This document shows, one piece after another, positions 26,389 to 37,111 of a stretch of 64,000 nucleotides of DNA. Position numbers and translations under genes: made by a program. The notes below the pieces were generated by a model, which made no database searches, was not told where the DNA came from, and saw only the letters and a program-made list of their open reading frames with translations. The stretch covers positions 96,001 to 160,000 of the forward strand of contig JAVZLK010000002.1 in assembly GCA_038883795.1 (NCBI GenBank), given 5' to 3'. How positions within the stretch are numbered: position 1 is the first letter of the stretch; each line of letters opens with the position of its first letter. The DNA comes from Candidatus Bathyarchaeia archaeon (GTDB lineage: Archaea > Thermoproteota > Bathyarchaeia > Bathyarchaeales > Bathycorpusculaceae).

Positions 26389-26649
26389 TTGAGTGGAACG
26401 GAAGAAAAGCTTCCTATATCTGGTTTCTACAAGGTTGTTGATTATATTAACATTTTTAAAAGCGAAAAATGGTGGGAAGCCATAGTAGTTTTCGAATCTC
26501 TCGGGAGGCGTTCCATCGGTTTGTATTTGTGGCAGAACAGAAACGGAACATGGAAAAGAAAGCATAAATTTAACATAAGAAACTTGGAAGAATGGAATAA
26601 ACTTAAAAACGCCATAGAACAACTAACGCCAAAACTGGTTTCAAAATGA
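26389..26649 (+). CDS. Hypothetical protein (possible PC4-like fold)
   Basis: Beta-strands rich in W/K/R followed by a C-terminal helix EEWNKLKNAIEQL. Confidence 0.65.
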   Translation: MSGTEEKLPISGFYKVVDYINIFKSEKWWEAIVVFESLGRRSIGLYLWQNRNGTWKRKHKFNIRNLEEWNKLKNAIEQLTPKLVSK

Positions 26650-26755
26650 TCATTTTAGCTATTTTATGTATTTTTGATTTTGTTTTTGAATAAGAATCCA
26701 AAATTGAATAATTTTATTAATTCATAACTACACAAAAACATGAAGGGCTGATATC

Positions 26756-27166
26756 ATGGAAACCGAACAAGAAGTTGAACAAGAAGCACAAGAAGTTGAA
26801 CTTCAAGAGGCAACAAATGGAGAAGAAATCGAGCAAGAACAAGAAACTGGAGAAGAAGAGTATCAAGTTGCAGAAGAAACGCCGATGCAAAAACAAGAGG
26901 CAAAACAGAAAAACACGCACTCTAGCAATCAGGTAGAAGATAGGAGCGGCTTCATTCATGGACTTTCCGTAGGTTTAGGAATTGGGTGTATTGCAACTTT
27001 CGTCATAGTTTGGATTTCAATATTCTTTGCTCCGCAGTTGCCGTCAGTCACCTACGAAAATTTGCTTTCAATATTCATTTACCCGCTAATCTATCTATTA
27101 ACAGTGGGTTTAATAGCACTGACTGCAGGCATAGTTAGAGAATATTATTCAAAAAGCAAATTCTAA
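26756..27166 (+). CDS. Membrane protein with acidic E/Q-rich N-terminus
   Basis: Low-complexity E/Q region then two TM helices. Confidence 0.7.
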   Translation: METEQEVEQEAQEVELQEATNGEEIEQEQETGEEEYQVAEETPMQKQEAKQKNTHSSNQVEDRSGFIHGLSVGLGIGCIATFVIVWISIFFAPQLPSVTYENLLSIFIYPLIYLLTVGLIALTAGIVREYYSKSKF

Positions 27167-27250
27167 ATCTCTATTCTAGCCTTTTCTCTCTGCATTATTA
27201 AAAACAATAATAATTTAATAATTGATGGTTTAATCTATGATTGTGAAATC

Positions 27251-27874
27251 ATGTCCTACGCATTTAAGCAAATTTTAGAAAAAATAGCGGGTGAAAAAGC
27301 TCCAGGTCCATCTCCAACTTTTTCGCTTTTTCATATGTTAAATGCCATAGAAGTTATAGCTAAACAACCCATCGGTCGTGGCATGTTAGCTGAAAATTTG
27401 AAAGTTGGGGAAGGAGCTGTGCGCACTATAATAAGTCGACTGCAAAAAGCTGGTTTAATCACAGTTTCCAAGGCCGGATGCGTTCTTACAAAAAAGGGTT
27501 TAAGTTTATGGAAAGAGTATAAGGCAATCTTTAAAGAGAAAATAAAGATTGAGAAAAATGAGTTGACGCTTGCAGAGTATAATTTTGCAATTTTGCTAAA
27601 AAATCATGCGCATAAGGTTAAATCTGGTATGGAGCAACGGGATGCTGCCGTGATGGTGGGAGCGAAAAGTGCCACGACGCTGCTTTTTAGGGGGCAACGC
27701 TTAATCATTCCATCAGTTAGCAGCAATGTGGCTGAAGATTTTCCAAAGGCTGCAAGTCAGATTTTGAAACTTCTAAAGCCAGAGGAGAACGATGTTATAA
27801 TTATTGTTGGTGCTGATGCTCCAGAAAAAGCTCACTATGGAGCTTTAGCGGCGGCGTGGGTTTTGCTTAATTAG
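27251..27874 (+). CDS. wHTH + DUF4443-like domain protein
   Basis: PIGRGMLAENLKVGEGAVRT wHTH; GMEQRDAAVMVGA. Confidence 0.75.
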   Translation: MSYAFKQILEKIAGEKAPGPSPTFSLFHMLNAIEVIAKQPIGRGMLAENLKVGEGAVRTIISRLQKAGLITVSKAGCVLTKKGLSLWKEYKAIFKEKIKIEKNELTLAEYNFAILLKNHAHKVKSGMEQRDAAVMVGAKSATTLLFRGQRLIIPSVSSNVAEDFPKAASQILKLLKPEENDVIIIVGADAPEKAHYGALAAAWVLLN

Positions 27875-28632
27875 TATGTGTATTTATCTCCCCCAGCTAA
27901 AATGCGTTCTAATGCCATGTTGAAGTTTATCATCCCCTCATTCGTTTTCGCTGAAACTGGAATTAGCAAGAATCTTAAGCCAAGTTTGTGGATTGCCAGC
28001 ATCATGTTTCTGCTAAGTAAGCGCTTTGTTCCTTCAAGTTTTTGTTCAATCGCAGTTTCCAAAGCCTTAGGATTAGCCGACCAATCCACAATCTTGTCAA
28101 CTTCCTCTTTTGGAAGCAAGTCGCATTTTGAGAGAAGATGCACTTGTGGTAGTAAGAAGCGGTTATAGACCGCTGCTGAAAGGAAAAGGTTTGAAACATA
28201 ATTAAGTGGATTAACGCAAAAAACGGCGTCAAATAAGTAAACTATTGCTTTGTTTTCCTTTGTAAGCTCATTGGCAATGTAGGGTCCGCTTGCCCTAAAG
28301 GCGAATAACTCCATCTGCCCGGGAGTGTCAATCAAAACTATGTCTGACCTTAAATCCTCGATTTCTTTGGAAATTTCTTCAATTTTGTCTGCAATCAAAT
28401 CTGCAGCCATTATCAATGCGCCGTTTGGGCCTAAACTATACTCTTCCATGAGGCTTTCAATATCCACGTAATCTCTAATGTCCACGTCTGGCGTGTATGG
28501 AAGTGTTAAAGCTCCCGGATCAAGGTTTACGACTGCAACGTCTTGTTTTGCCATTTTTAGCCATTCATTGAAAGCTGATGTGAGCATTGACTTTCCAGAG
28601 CCAGCGGTTCCTATGATGAAAACTGTAAACAT
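27871..28632 (-). CDS. GPN-loop GTPase
   Basis: GTAGSGKS, LGPNGAL, DTPGQMELF. Confidence 0.95.
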   Translation of the reverse strand: MFTVFIIGTAGSGKSMLTSAFNEWLKMAKQDVAVVNLDPGALTLPYTPDVDIRDYVDIESLMEEYSLGPNGALIMAADLIADKIEEISKEIEDLRSDIVLIDTPGQMELFAFRASGPYIANELTKENKAIVYLFDAVFCVNPLNYVSNLFLSAAVYNRFLLPQVHLLSKCDLLPKEEVDKIVDWSANPKALETAIEQKLEGTKRLLSRNMMLAIHKLGLRFLLIPVSAKTNEGMINFNMALERILAGGDKYTY

Positions 28633-28659
28633 TATTATCGCCTTTTGGTTGTGTTAATA

Positions 28660-29832
28660 TCAATGCTTCAGTTGGTTGGTAAAAGTTTTTTCTGTTTGGG
28701 AGGGAATTTCTGGTGGTTGGGGTTCTTGTATTTTTGGTTGAGCTTGCCGAGAAGTGATGAATATGATTACGCCCATGCAAACTAAAATTGTAGTGGTTGC
28801 CAACAACAAAACGAAGAATGCGGATAGTACTGTTACTGTTTGGATTGGGCTGTCTGCTCCAGCATAATTATAATCTCCAGACCAGCTTGCACGAACAAAA
28901 CAAACTCCACTGGAAGTTTCCACATTCCAAACGTATCTAAACTGCCCATTAGAATCCGTTGTGGTTATGCCCAAAACTTTCCATGGCGAATTGTTCACGC
29001 TTATGTAAATGGTAACTGTCTTATTTGGTAGGGCTGGAGAAATTTCTCCAGTAAGCGAAACTGTGCCTTGATTAATAACATAAGTGGGGGACACGGTAAG
29101 CGAAATTGTTGATGCATTTAGGGGTTTGTAGCTTGCTGAAACTTGGCCAGGCGAAGATCGTTCACAGTTTTCAAGAGTAATAATTTCCGCGGAAGCCTGC
29201 TTTAAACTGTCTGGGCATTCGCCGACTCTCCATCCGTCTTGAAAGTAACCAGTGCACTCAGCAATGTAATATTTAATGTTGTTGTAGGTTATGTAGTAAA
29301 CTTGTCTTCTGGCATCGTATGGCGTATGTGAAAGGCTTACGCCGACATTCATGTGTGCTTCTTTTTCATAATATAAAAGTACAACTTCGAGTCCACCAGC
29401 TTTCATAATTGATGCTGCGATGAAAGAGAATAGGTCGCAGTCTCCCTTATTCTCCACCATAGTTTCTATCGGGTATTTTGCTGGTTCAGTTACTTCATAT
29501 GGGATTTGATGTACAATCATTAACACGCCGTTGGCGAAATCTTCATCATCCGAATAAATTTCCCATAGTTTATCTGCGATGGGCTTCAATGCGTATGGCG
29601 TTACAAATTTTGCAAAATCAGCCTCCGAATTCAAAGCGTGACTTTTTCCACGATAATAATCGTAGAGGGATTGTTGAATTGTAACGTTTAACCTATAATA
29701 TGTTGAGCCATTAGGTTCGTTTAAAATCTGATAGGAAACGCTGTAGGCTTCTGCCTGGCAACATGGAAACAAATAAAAAAATGTAAGCAAAACCATAATT
29801 GTTATAAGCGTTTTTGAAGGTTTCAGCTTCAT
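28660..29832 (-). CDS. Secreted transglutaminase-like protein with Ig-like domain and C-terminal membrane anchor
   Basis: Signal peptide; GDCDLFS...H...YIAECT; TTTDSNGQF Ig-like motif; C-terminal TM. Confidence 0.75.
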   Translation of the reverse strand: MKLKPSKTLITIMVLLTFFYLFPCCQAEAYSVSYQILNEPNGSTYYRLNVTIQQSLYDYYRGKSHALNSEADFAKFVTPYALKPIADKLWEIYSDDEDFANGVLMIVHQIPYEVTEPAKYPIETMVENKGDCDLFSFIAASIMKAGGLEVVLLYYEKEAHMNVGVSLSHTPYDARRQVYYITYNNIKYYIAECTGYFQDGWRVGECPDSLKQASAEIITLENCERSSPGQVSASYKPLNASTISLTVSPTYVINQGTVSLTGEISPALPNKTVTIYISVNNSPWKVLGITTTDSNGQFRYVWNVETSSGVCFVRASWSGDYNYAGADSPIQTVTVLSAFFVLLLATTTILVCMGVIIFITSRQAQPKIQEPQPPEIPSQTEKTFTNQLKH

Positions 29833-30004
29833 TGTTCTCTCAAAATTTGTTATTAACCTAATTTATGGCTCTTATGAACCCACAATCAATAGTGAAGGTA
29901 TTCTAAAGGATAATTTTGGGGAGATATCTTAAACAATTTGTCAAATAAAAATACTTTTGAATTAGTTCCTAGTTAAACGACATAATAATACCCTCAAATT
30001 ATAT

Positions 30005-31009
30005 ATGCAAAAGCTGTTAGAAATTGATGTAGAGACTATGGTGGAGATAACAAGTTTAGGTTTGCATATAACGGACTGTTGTAATGCCAACTGTCTTCAC
30101 TGTGCTTTTTTCTGTGGCCCAGAAATTAAGGGCTGTATGAATTTTAAAGAAGCGAAAAAGTATGTAACTGATGCTAAAGCATTGAATACTGAAATAATTT
30201 GTATAACGGGCGGTGAGCCGATGCTTTATCCCGTTTTAGTTAAAAGGATAATAGCTGAATGTAGCCATTTATCGTTTCCTCAAATATGGCTCTTCACTAA
30301 TGGCTTCTGGGCACACAATAAATCCAAAGCAAATGCAACTGTTCAGGAACTTAAAAACGTTGGCTTAACAAAAATGTTTTTTAGCGTAGATTTTTTCCAT
30401 CAAGAGTATGTGCCTATAAAATCTGTCAAAAACGCAGTTGAAGCATCTTTAGAATCCAGCCTTGAAGTTTCTATCGACGCAAGGTTTGTTGGTAAACCAG
30501 GAGAACAGAACAAGTTTAACTTTGCCACCCAACGCCATCTTGAATTTCTAAACAATCTTACCACAAAAGTTGAAGTGACAAAAACTCAATCCATGTTTGT
30601 CGGTAGAGCAGCAGAATCTCTCATAAAGCATGTTAAAATGAAACCCTTATCCGAAATCCTAACTGAAACATGCTCAGGTGCGTGGGCTGGGGGAACGCTG
30701 AAGTCTCCTTTGGGAGTTGATGTAGACGAGTTTGGATTCGTCACTATATGTCCGGGCTTAAGCATTGGAAATGCACGGGAAGTCTCTCTTAGAAAAATTG
30801 TTGAGAATTATAATTATCAAGATTATATGGTTATTGCTGTACTCTGCGATGAAGGGCTGAAAGGCTTAACAGAGCTTGCCTCTAAGTATGGTTTCGTTCC
30901 AAATAGAGCTTATGTCGATGGGTGTCATTTATGCTATGAAACGAGAAAATTCATTAGAAAACACTTTCCAGAAGCTTTTTGCTATTCTGATAAGATTTTG
31001 ACGAAATAA
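30005..31009 (+). CDS. Radical SAM protein
   Basis: CNANCLHC, ITGGEP, FTNGFW. Confidence 0.9.
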   Translation: MQKLLEIDVETMVEITSLGLHITDCCNANCLHCAFFCGPEIKGCMNFKEAKKYVTDAKALNTEIICITGGEPMLYPVLVKRIIAECSHLSFPQIWLFTNGFWAHNKSKANATVQELKNVGLTKMFFSVDFFHQEYVPIKSVKNAVEASLESSLEVSIDARFVGKPGEQNKFNFATQRHLEFLNNLTTKVEVTKTQSMFVGRAAESLIKHVKMKPLSEILTETCSGAWAGGTLKSPLGVDVDEFGFVTICPGLSIGNAREVSLRKIVENYNYQDYMVIAVLCDEGLKGLTELASKYGFVPNRAYVDGCHLCYETRKFIRKHFPEAFCYSDKILTK

Positions 31010-31051
31010 TTTCCGCTTAATTCGCAGAAAAACCATAGAAACATCTTAAAT

Positions 31052-31831
31052 TTAGATTTTCACGAATTCCCTTTCTCTGCGGTTAAAAACGCAAACTTTT
31101 GTATAACCCGCTTTCTTTGCTAATTTTATGGCTTCTTTGAAGTTTCTGCCCACATCGTTTGGTTCATGCGCATCTGAGCCAAAAACTATGGGAACATTGT
31201 GGTTTTGTAATATTTTCAGAAATTGTTCGCTTGGATAAATCTCTTGGCATGGTCTTCTTAATCCGCTGGTGTTGATTTCCGCACAAACGTTATACTTTAC
31301 CATTGCTTCAGCAGCCTCTTCAAGAATTTGGGAAAAATCAGTTTTTGGTTTAAATCCAAAAATTTTTATCAGGTCTGGATGGGCTAAAATGTCGAAAAGC
31401 TGACTTTGGCACAATTTTTTGACAAGACTAAAATATTCTTCATAAACCTTTAGAATATCTCTTTTTGAGTATTCGTTAATTTGTGATGGCGAATCAACAG
31501 ACCACTCGCCAATAAAATGAACAGCTCCAATAACGTAATCAAAAGGAAATTTTCTAACAAAATCTTCAATTTTTTCAGTAAATTTTGGTATGAAATCCAC
31601 TTCAGCGCCCAATTTCACTGGCAAATCTGCGTTAGCCTTTAAATTGAGAAAGTTTTGAAGATAAGTCGAGTTTATGGGTAGAAATGGGCATCCCTTAATG
31701 TGATGAAATGTTACATGTTCAGAGAAGCCTATTTCGCCAAGCTTCTTCAACTTTGCCATTTTGACATAATCTTCCATGGAGCCTTTGGCGTCCAGCGAAA
31801 CCTCAGTGTGAATATGATAATCTACAAGCAT
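31052..31831 (-). CDS. PHP-family histidinol-phosphatase (HisJ/HisK type)
   Basis: DYHIHT, SEH, AHPD, EINTSG, GSDAH. Confidence 0.85.
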   Translation of the reverse strand: MLVDYHIHTEVSLDAKGSMEDYVKMAKLKKLGEIGFSEHVTFHHIKGCPFLPINSTYLQNFLNLKANADLPVKLGAEVDFIPKFTEKIEDFVRKFPFDYVIGAVHFIGEWSVDSPSQINEYSKRDILKVYEEYFSLVKKLCQSQLFDILAHPDLIKIFGFKPKTDFSQILEEAAEAMVKYNVCAEINTSGLRRPCQEIYPSEQFLKILQNHNVPIVFGSDAHEPNDVGRNFKEAIKLAKKAGYTKVCVFNRREREFVKI

Positions 31832-31847
31832 TCATATTCACTTAGCC

Positions 31848-32666
31848 TTATGTTCTGATTTTTCCTCCACTTTTCTGCACGAGCTCTGACAATTGAATTA
31901 TGGCTTTTCCAATTCTGTCTTTGGCTATTTTAGAATTTTCAGCGGTTGTTGAAAAGTGGATTTCTATGCGCGGTTCTCTCTCCTCGCCTTTTGGATGGGA
32001 CTTTATATAAATGTAGGGGTTATCATGCATCGTCTTATCAATTAACGGAGCCAAAGAGGATTCCATGATGTTGTCAGCGTAAATGCTTGTTTCAAAAAAC
32101 ACAGCCTCTCCAGCCTCCCTTTTTAGAAGAGGCGCAACAGATTCCTCAAAAATAGCTTCCATTTCTGATGGAACACCTGGCAAAGCTATCAAAAATGTTT
32201 TTTCAACATCAATTTTTACGCCTGGAGCCGTGCCAATTGGGTTTGGTAATGGTTCTGCTCCTTCTGGAAGCTTTGCCATTTTCAATCTTGGAGGTGTCAA
32301 CTCCACCCTTTCAATTCTTCCAGCTTTCGCATATGCTTCATATTTTTCCCTAACCATTTTCAAAGCCTTCTCATTAACTTCTAATTTGCGGTTTAGAGCC
32401 TTAGCAATTCCTTCCAATGTTTTGTCGTCGAAAGTTGGTCCCAACCCGCCCGTTGTTATTAGAAAACGAGGCTTTCGCTGCAAGGCTTCTCTTATAGCGT
32501 TAGCAATTTCTTCGATATCATCGCTCACAACTGTTATTCGCCTAACAGCTATTCCCATGGAAGTTGCACGTTTGGCAAGCCATTGGGCGTTTGTGTTTAA
32601 TGTTTTGCCAATTAACAGTTCATTGCCAACGCAGATTATTTCCATTGTCTGAACCATCTTGTTCAC
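31848..32666 (-). CDS. CinA N-terminal (molybdopterin-binding-like) protein
   Basis: VGNELLIG...NTNA, TTGGLGPTFDD, LPGVPSEM. Confidence 0.88.
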   Translation of the reverse strand: MNKMVQTMEIICVGNELLIGKTLNTNAQWLAKRATSMGIAVRRITVVSDDIEEIANAIREALQRKPRFLITTGGLGPTFDDKTLEGIAKALNRKLEVNEKALKMVREKYEAYAKAGRIERVELTPPRLKMAKLPEGAEPLPNPIGTAPGVKIDVEKTFLIALPGVPSEMEAIFEESVAPLLKREAGEAVFFETSIYADNIMESSLAPLIDKTMHDNPYIYIKSHPKGEEREPRIEIHFSTTAENSKIAKDRIGKAIIQLSELVQKSGGKIRT

Positions 32667-32750
32667 TTTTCCCGCTTTTAGACTATTAAAAATAAATTGT
32701 TTGCTTTTATGCTGTTTGCTATTTTATCGTTAAAAACAGTCATGTAGTGC

Positions 32751-32966
32751 TTATTTTTTCTTGCTTAGCCACCACTTCAAATATTCCTTTCTCCGCTTTT
32801 CTTGCTCTTCTTCCTCGGTTTCAAAGGTTGGTCTAAGCTTTTCTCTAAGTTCCATCAACTCTTGCTGTGTCACAGATAATCCGCAGCTTTTGCAGACATA
32901 ATGTTTGGTGGCTAATATGTACTGCATTTCGCCTCCGCATTCTGGGCAATATGGCATTTCAATCAC
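32751..32966 (-). CDS. Zn-ribbon protein
   Basis: CPECGG...CKSCG, ends YLKWWLSKK. Confidence 0.8.
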   Translation of the reverse strand: MIEMPYCPECGGEMQYILATKHYVCKSCGLSVTQQELMELREKLRPTFETEEEEQEKRRKEYLKWWLSKKK

Positions 32967-33021
32967 TATTCTGCTCTACAAGTGAATGCTCTTTAAGAAA
33001 TAGGTTTCGCTCTTTCGCCCT

Positions 33022-34113
33022 TCATGTTATGAAGTTTACAAGTTTTGCCTCTTTAGCCAATGCAACAGCCTTCTCCATCTCATCACGGGTAAGCCTTCTG
33101 CGCAGTTCTGGAATTTCATAAGCTCGCCATTCTGGTCTATACTGAAACATCACGTTAACCCTTGTTTCCACGCCCAAATTTTCAGCTATCCAGTTTATAA
33201 TGGGCTTTGTGCAGCATTCCAAATGATTTGGCAAAACCAGTATGCGAATTATTAGTTCGCCGTAATTTTTTGCTTCCAAATGGTTGCGTGTGCAAACTTC
33301 CCAATAGTTTGGGGCTTCTGAAATTTTTTCGGCGCATTCGCCTGGTCCATACTTGAAATCTAATAGGTAAACGTCTGCGAATCCAGCTAAAAGTTGGGCT
33401 GTTTCTGGACTATAATAGGTGTTTGAGTTCCAAACAACTGGTATATTCACATTTACGTGTTTGAAGGTTTCAAGCCACTGCTTTAGCCATGGTGTTGGTT
33501 CTCCGCCTACTAGGTTGGCGTTTCTGCAACCGCTTAAGCGTAAATTTTCAACCTCCTTAGCCAAATCTTCCGTCTTGTAAACTTCGCCCTTCTCCATCCA
33601 TTGGGAAATTGTCCAGTTTTGGCAGTGTTTGCAGCGCATGGTGCAGCCCATGGTGAAAATGGTTCCAGAAGGCACAAGTTCTGGCTCTTCGCCCACATGC
33701 TCAAAAATGCTTGAAATCATAATTTCTGAACCGCATTTGCAAAAACCAAGTTTTCCCTCAATTCTGTTGGCTCCGCATCTTCGGGTGCAGAAATGGCAGT
33801 TAGCGAGGATTTTTTTGGCGATTTCGATTTTTAAGTCAAGGTAAGACTTTTCTGGAGTGGGCATTTTCTTCAAATTTTCTTGTTTAGTATCGATTTTTTC
33901 TTGAAGTTTATAGAATTCTTCTGTAAGTTCCGAATGTTTCCGCCAAAGCTTCTCTAAAGAATCTTTTTCGCTGAATTCTGCCACAAGTTTTTTCGCTATC
34001 AAAAATTTTGCTGGCTTCTTATCTTGCACAACAGCGAAATATCTACTTAGGCTTTTCCTAGCCATCTCATCATTGAGCACGCTCACCGCGTCTGGACGAA
34101 GAAGTCTCCACAT
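33022..34113 (-). CDS. PflX-like radical SAM protein
   Basis: CHFCTRRCGANR, GEEPELVPSGTIF, CTMRCKHCQN. Confidence 0.9.
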   Translation of the reverse strand: MWRLLRPDAVSVLNDEMARKSLSRYFAVVQDKKPAKFLIAKKLVAEFSEKDSLEKLWRKHSELTEEFYKLQEKIDTKQENLKKMPTPEKSYLDLKIEIAKKILANCHFCTRRCGANRIEGKLGFCKCGSEIMISSIFEHVGEEPELVPSGTIFTMGCTMRCKHCQNWTISQWMEKGEVYKTEDLAKEVENLRLSGCRNANLVGGEPTPWLKQWLETFKHVNVNIPVVWNSNTYYSPETAQLLAGFADVYLLDFKYGPGECAEKISEAPNYWEVCTRNHLEAKNYGELIIRILVLPNHLECCTKPIINWIAENLGVETRVNVMFQYRPEWRAYEIPELRRRLTRDEMEKAVALAKEAKLVNFIT

Positions 34114-34246
34114 TTTCTTCAGATATTAGGTAGAAACCTTTTGAATAAAAACATACCTTCTATGGAGTTCCTAGTCAATTTATCTGCTGTCTTTTACCTA
34201 AATTGGATAGCCCCTCTAGATTTTTAGGTATGATGGCGAGCAAGTC

Positions 34247-35308
34247 CTAAAATAGAGCGTAGGGATAAGCGTATCCGCTTGGATGCAACTTACCCCTAAT
34301 CGGAATTTCTTTTCCGCAAACTGGACAGCGCATATCTTTTGTTAAGTTCCACCTTGTAATCTCGAAGCTGAAGCGTTTAATCAGTAGCTCGTTGCAGCTT
34401 GGGCAATAAGTGTTTTCTGAGGGATGTCCGGGCGCGTTGCCTATGTAAACATAATTTAGTCCTTCATCCTTCGCAGCGACATAAGCCTTCTCTAAAGCTT
34501 CGATTGAGGTTGAGGGAATTGTTGTCAACTGATAATCTGGATGAAAACGCAGCAAATGAAAGGGCGTGTCTTTGCCAAGATTGTCCCTTATCCAAGCTGC
34601 CAGCTCCTTCACTCTTTCAATGGAATCCCCAATCTTTGGCACAACAAGATTTGTAATTTCAATGTGAATGTCATTTCGCTTCATCTCTTTTAGGGCTTCA
34701 TAAATTGGCTCAACAGATGGAACCGACGAAAAAGACTTGTAAAAATCTGGGTCTCCACCGCCTTTAAAATCTACGGTTGCAGCGTCCAAATACGGCGCTA
34801 TGGTTTTGACAGCTTCCGGCGTCATATACCCATTTGTTACGAAAGTGTTGAAAAACCCCACTTGATGAGCCAGCTTAGCCGTTTCATAGGCGTATTCAAA
34901 AAATATTGTTGGCTCCGTATAAGTGTAGCTTATTCCTTGGCATCCGTTGTCTCTTGCTGCCTTAACAACTTCTTCTGGTGGGAAATCTTTGCCCTCAATT
35001 TTTCTTTCTTGACTTATCATCCAGTTGTCGCAGAATTGGCAGCGGAAATTGCAGCCCACCGTTGCTATTGACATCACTAAGGCTCCAGGGTTAAAGTGCG
35101 ATAGGGGTTTCTTTTCTATAGGGTCTACGCAGGCTGAAATAGCCTTAGCATAAACTAGCGAAAAAAGGGTTCCGTCAACGTTTTTTCTTACTAAACAGAA
35201 TCCGGTTCCACCATCTTTTATGATGCATCTTCTTCCGCATAAGTTACATTTAACCTTCTTACCCTCTAATTTTTCGTATAACATTGCCTCATGTAATACG
35301 GATGCCAT
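34247..35308 (-). CDS. amrS: AmmeMemoRadiSam system radical SAM enzyme
   Basis: DPIEKKPL, GCNFRCQFCDNW, YTYTEP, RFHPDY. Confidence 0.92.
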   Translation of the reverse strand: MASVLHEAMLYEKLEGKKVKCNLCGRRCIIKDGGTGFCLVRKNVDGTLFSLVYAKAISACVDPIEKKPLSHFNPGALVMSIATVGCNFRCQFCDNWMISQERKIEGKDFPPEEVVKAARDNGCQGISYTYTEPTIFFEYAYETAKLAHQVGFFNTFVTNGYMTPEAVKTIAPYLDAATVDFKGGGDPDFYKSFSSVPSVEPIYEALKEMKRNDIHIEITNLVVPKIGDSIERVKELAAWIRDNLGKDTPFHLLRFHPDYQLTTIPSTSIEALEKAYVAAKDEGLNYVYIGNAPGHPSENTYCPSCNELLIKRFSFEITRWNLTKDMRCPVCGKEIPIRGKLHPSGYAYPYALF

Positions 35309-35343
35309 CTAACTATCTCCATAAACCTTTGGTTTAGCGTGGC

Positions 35344-35937
35344 TTATTTTGTTTGTCCCGCAGCCTTTTCTTTGACTTCGAAAACTAGGGGCGGAGAGGT
35401 GGTTTTTATGTCAATTTCTATGTTGAGCAAACCCTCCAAAAATCCAGCCCAAATTTCTGCTTCGTTGATAAATGGTGCTTTTATGAGAATGTATTTGTCT
35501 TTTAGGTAGATGTCGCCGAACCCTTGAACCCTTAACCTTTTGAAAACTTCTTGCCATTTTTCGTGGTTGGCAGTTTGAATTCCCAATGTTGCTTCCATAG
35601 AAACTTTTGCAGCTTCACCCATTTTTACGCCTATTTCTCGCCATTTCTCCGTTGGAATGTTGTTTATGAGAATGTTAATTAACTCCACATTTATGAATGC
35701 CATGCGGCTAATGCCACAATAACATTCGCCTGGAAACCGCCAATCATAAATCATCATACTCCTATAGACATCAAGCAATTTAGAAATAAGCGGCTTTATG
35801 CCCGGCTCCTTTCCCTCCCTAATTAATGAGTCGATGAATTCTCTTTCCTCTTTCTCCAGAATTATCGTTGTTCTTTTGGCTGTTTCTTCGCTTTTCTTCA
35901 TGATTTCTTCAAGCTTCTTCTTTTCGTTTTCTTGCAT
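35344..35937 (-). CDS. Hypothetical regulator (RHH-like N-terminus, V4R-like C-terminus)
   Basis: KRTTIILEKEEREFI; QGFG...WAGFLEGLL pattern. Confidence 0.6.
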   Translation of the reverse strand: MQENEKKKLEEIMKKSEETAKRTTIILEKEEREFIDSLIREGKEPGIKPLISKLLDVYRSMMIYDWRFPGECYCGISRMAFINVELINILINNIPTEKWREIGVKMGEAAKVSMEATLGIQTANHEKWQEVFKRLRVQGFGDIYLKDKYILIKAPFINEAEIWAGFLEGLLNIEIDIKTTSPPLVFEVKEKAAGQTK

Positions 35938-36085
35938 AACTATTATATCTTATAGCATATCTTATATGCTTTGCTAACTTGTCATACGCAACCGAACAAT
36001 TTTTAACGTGGCAAATTCTCTTTATATTTTGCCGATGAAGAATTTACTCGTCTGAAAAGATGATGCACCCTGGGGTATCTGAGGC

Positions 36086-36325
36086 TTAAGAAACAACTCC
36101 CTTTCTAATCAGATACCATATGAGCACTAAACCCGCTATGAAAAGGGCAAATCCGGAAATCATTGAAACAGCAAAGTCTATTTCAAAAACAATGTTAAGC
36201 ACATAAACCGCATATGGTCCCCCAAAAGTTAGGATAGCCGCCAAAATCAGTAAAAAGGTTCTCCAAAACTTTGAGCTCAAATCAAACTTCCGAGCTTCCT
36301 TTATTACTCGTTTTTCCTCGCCCAT
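36086..36325 (-). CDS. Small two-TM membrane protein
   Basis: Two hydrophobic helices; co-oriented with neighbours. Confidence 0.65.
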   Translation of the reverse strand: MGEEKRVIKEARKFDLSSKFWRTFLLILAAILTFGGPYAVYVLNIVFEIDFAVSMISGFALFIAGLVLIWYLIRKGVVS

Positions 36326-36367
36326 GCATCCACTTTCCTTTTAACCATTTTAATTTGGGATTTTCTC

Positions 36368-37012
36368 TTATAACCCTTCCTTTACCTCATTACCAAAGGC
36401 TTTCATGAGAAATTTAAAAACTGCAAAGCCCGCCCCTCGGTCTGCCCTAAAACCGCTGGTGGCGCCTAATAGGCATACGCCTTCTAAGCCTCGTTCCTTT
36501 GCAAGTCCCAACAATAAGCCCGTAGCTCCCACAATACGGCCTTTGCTATATATTACTGCGCCCTTCTCCATAAACTCCGCCGCCAGTCTTGGCGAAGTGG
36601 CAGCCACATAAACCTCCGCCTTATCGCTTGCCATGGGGATTCCGCCGATTGTTGTGATGAAGCTGCAGCCATATTTTTTAACAAAATCCAAAATTTCATT
36701 GCAAAGCATATAATGCGCAACAACATCATCGAAGGAAGGTTGTGTATCTCCCGTCATTATAATGAAATCGTTTTTCTCCATAGGGGCAGCATAAAACTCA
36801 TAGCGGGGCAAGTGGCAGATTCCCCTAGAATTTACGGAAACATAATCCGGAAAAGAAGGCGAATACAACTCAGCAAAAGGTTTAGCCCCGCAAAACTTTA
36901 TCAAAAGATGCGCCGCAATCTTCCCCACATTCCCAAAACCAGGAAGCCCCTCAACAAAAATTGGGCTCTCAAGAACTGGATTGAATATTTGACGGAAATA
37001 GGGCTTATCCAT
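36368..37012 (-). CDS. PAC2-family proteasome assembly chaperone
   Basis: EGLPGFGNVGKIA, GDTQP, IVGATGLLLG. Confidence 0.9.
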   Translation of the reverse strand: MDKPYFRQIFNPVLESPIFVEGLPGFGNVGKIAAHLLIKFCGAKPFAELYSPSFPDYVSVNSRGICHLPRYEFYAAPMEKNDFIIMTGDTQPSFDDVVAHYMLCNEILDFVKKYGCSFITTIGGIPMASDKAEVYVAATSPRLAAEFMEKGAVIYSKGRIVGATGLLLGLAKERGLEGVCLLGATSGFRADRGAGFAVFKFLMKAFGNEVKEGL

Positions 37013-37111
37013 AGAGCATCAGCTAAACACCATAAGGAAATTGCAACTAAAAGCTTTTACTAAATGACTTTCCCAAAAAGATTTAAGAAAGATTTTAACC
37101 AGCAATAAAGT

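Noticed and set aside
26756-26900. AAGAAGTTGAAC short repeats
   Set aside because: Explained by the low-complexity E/Q coding sequence.
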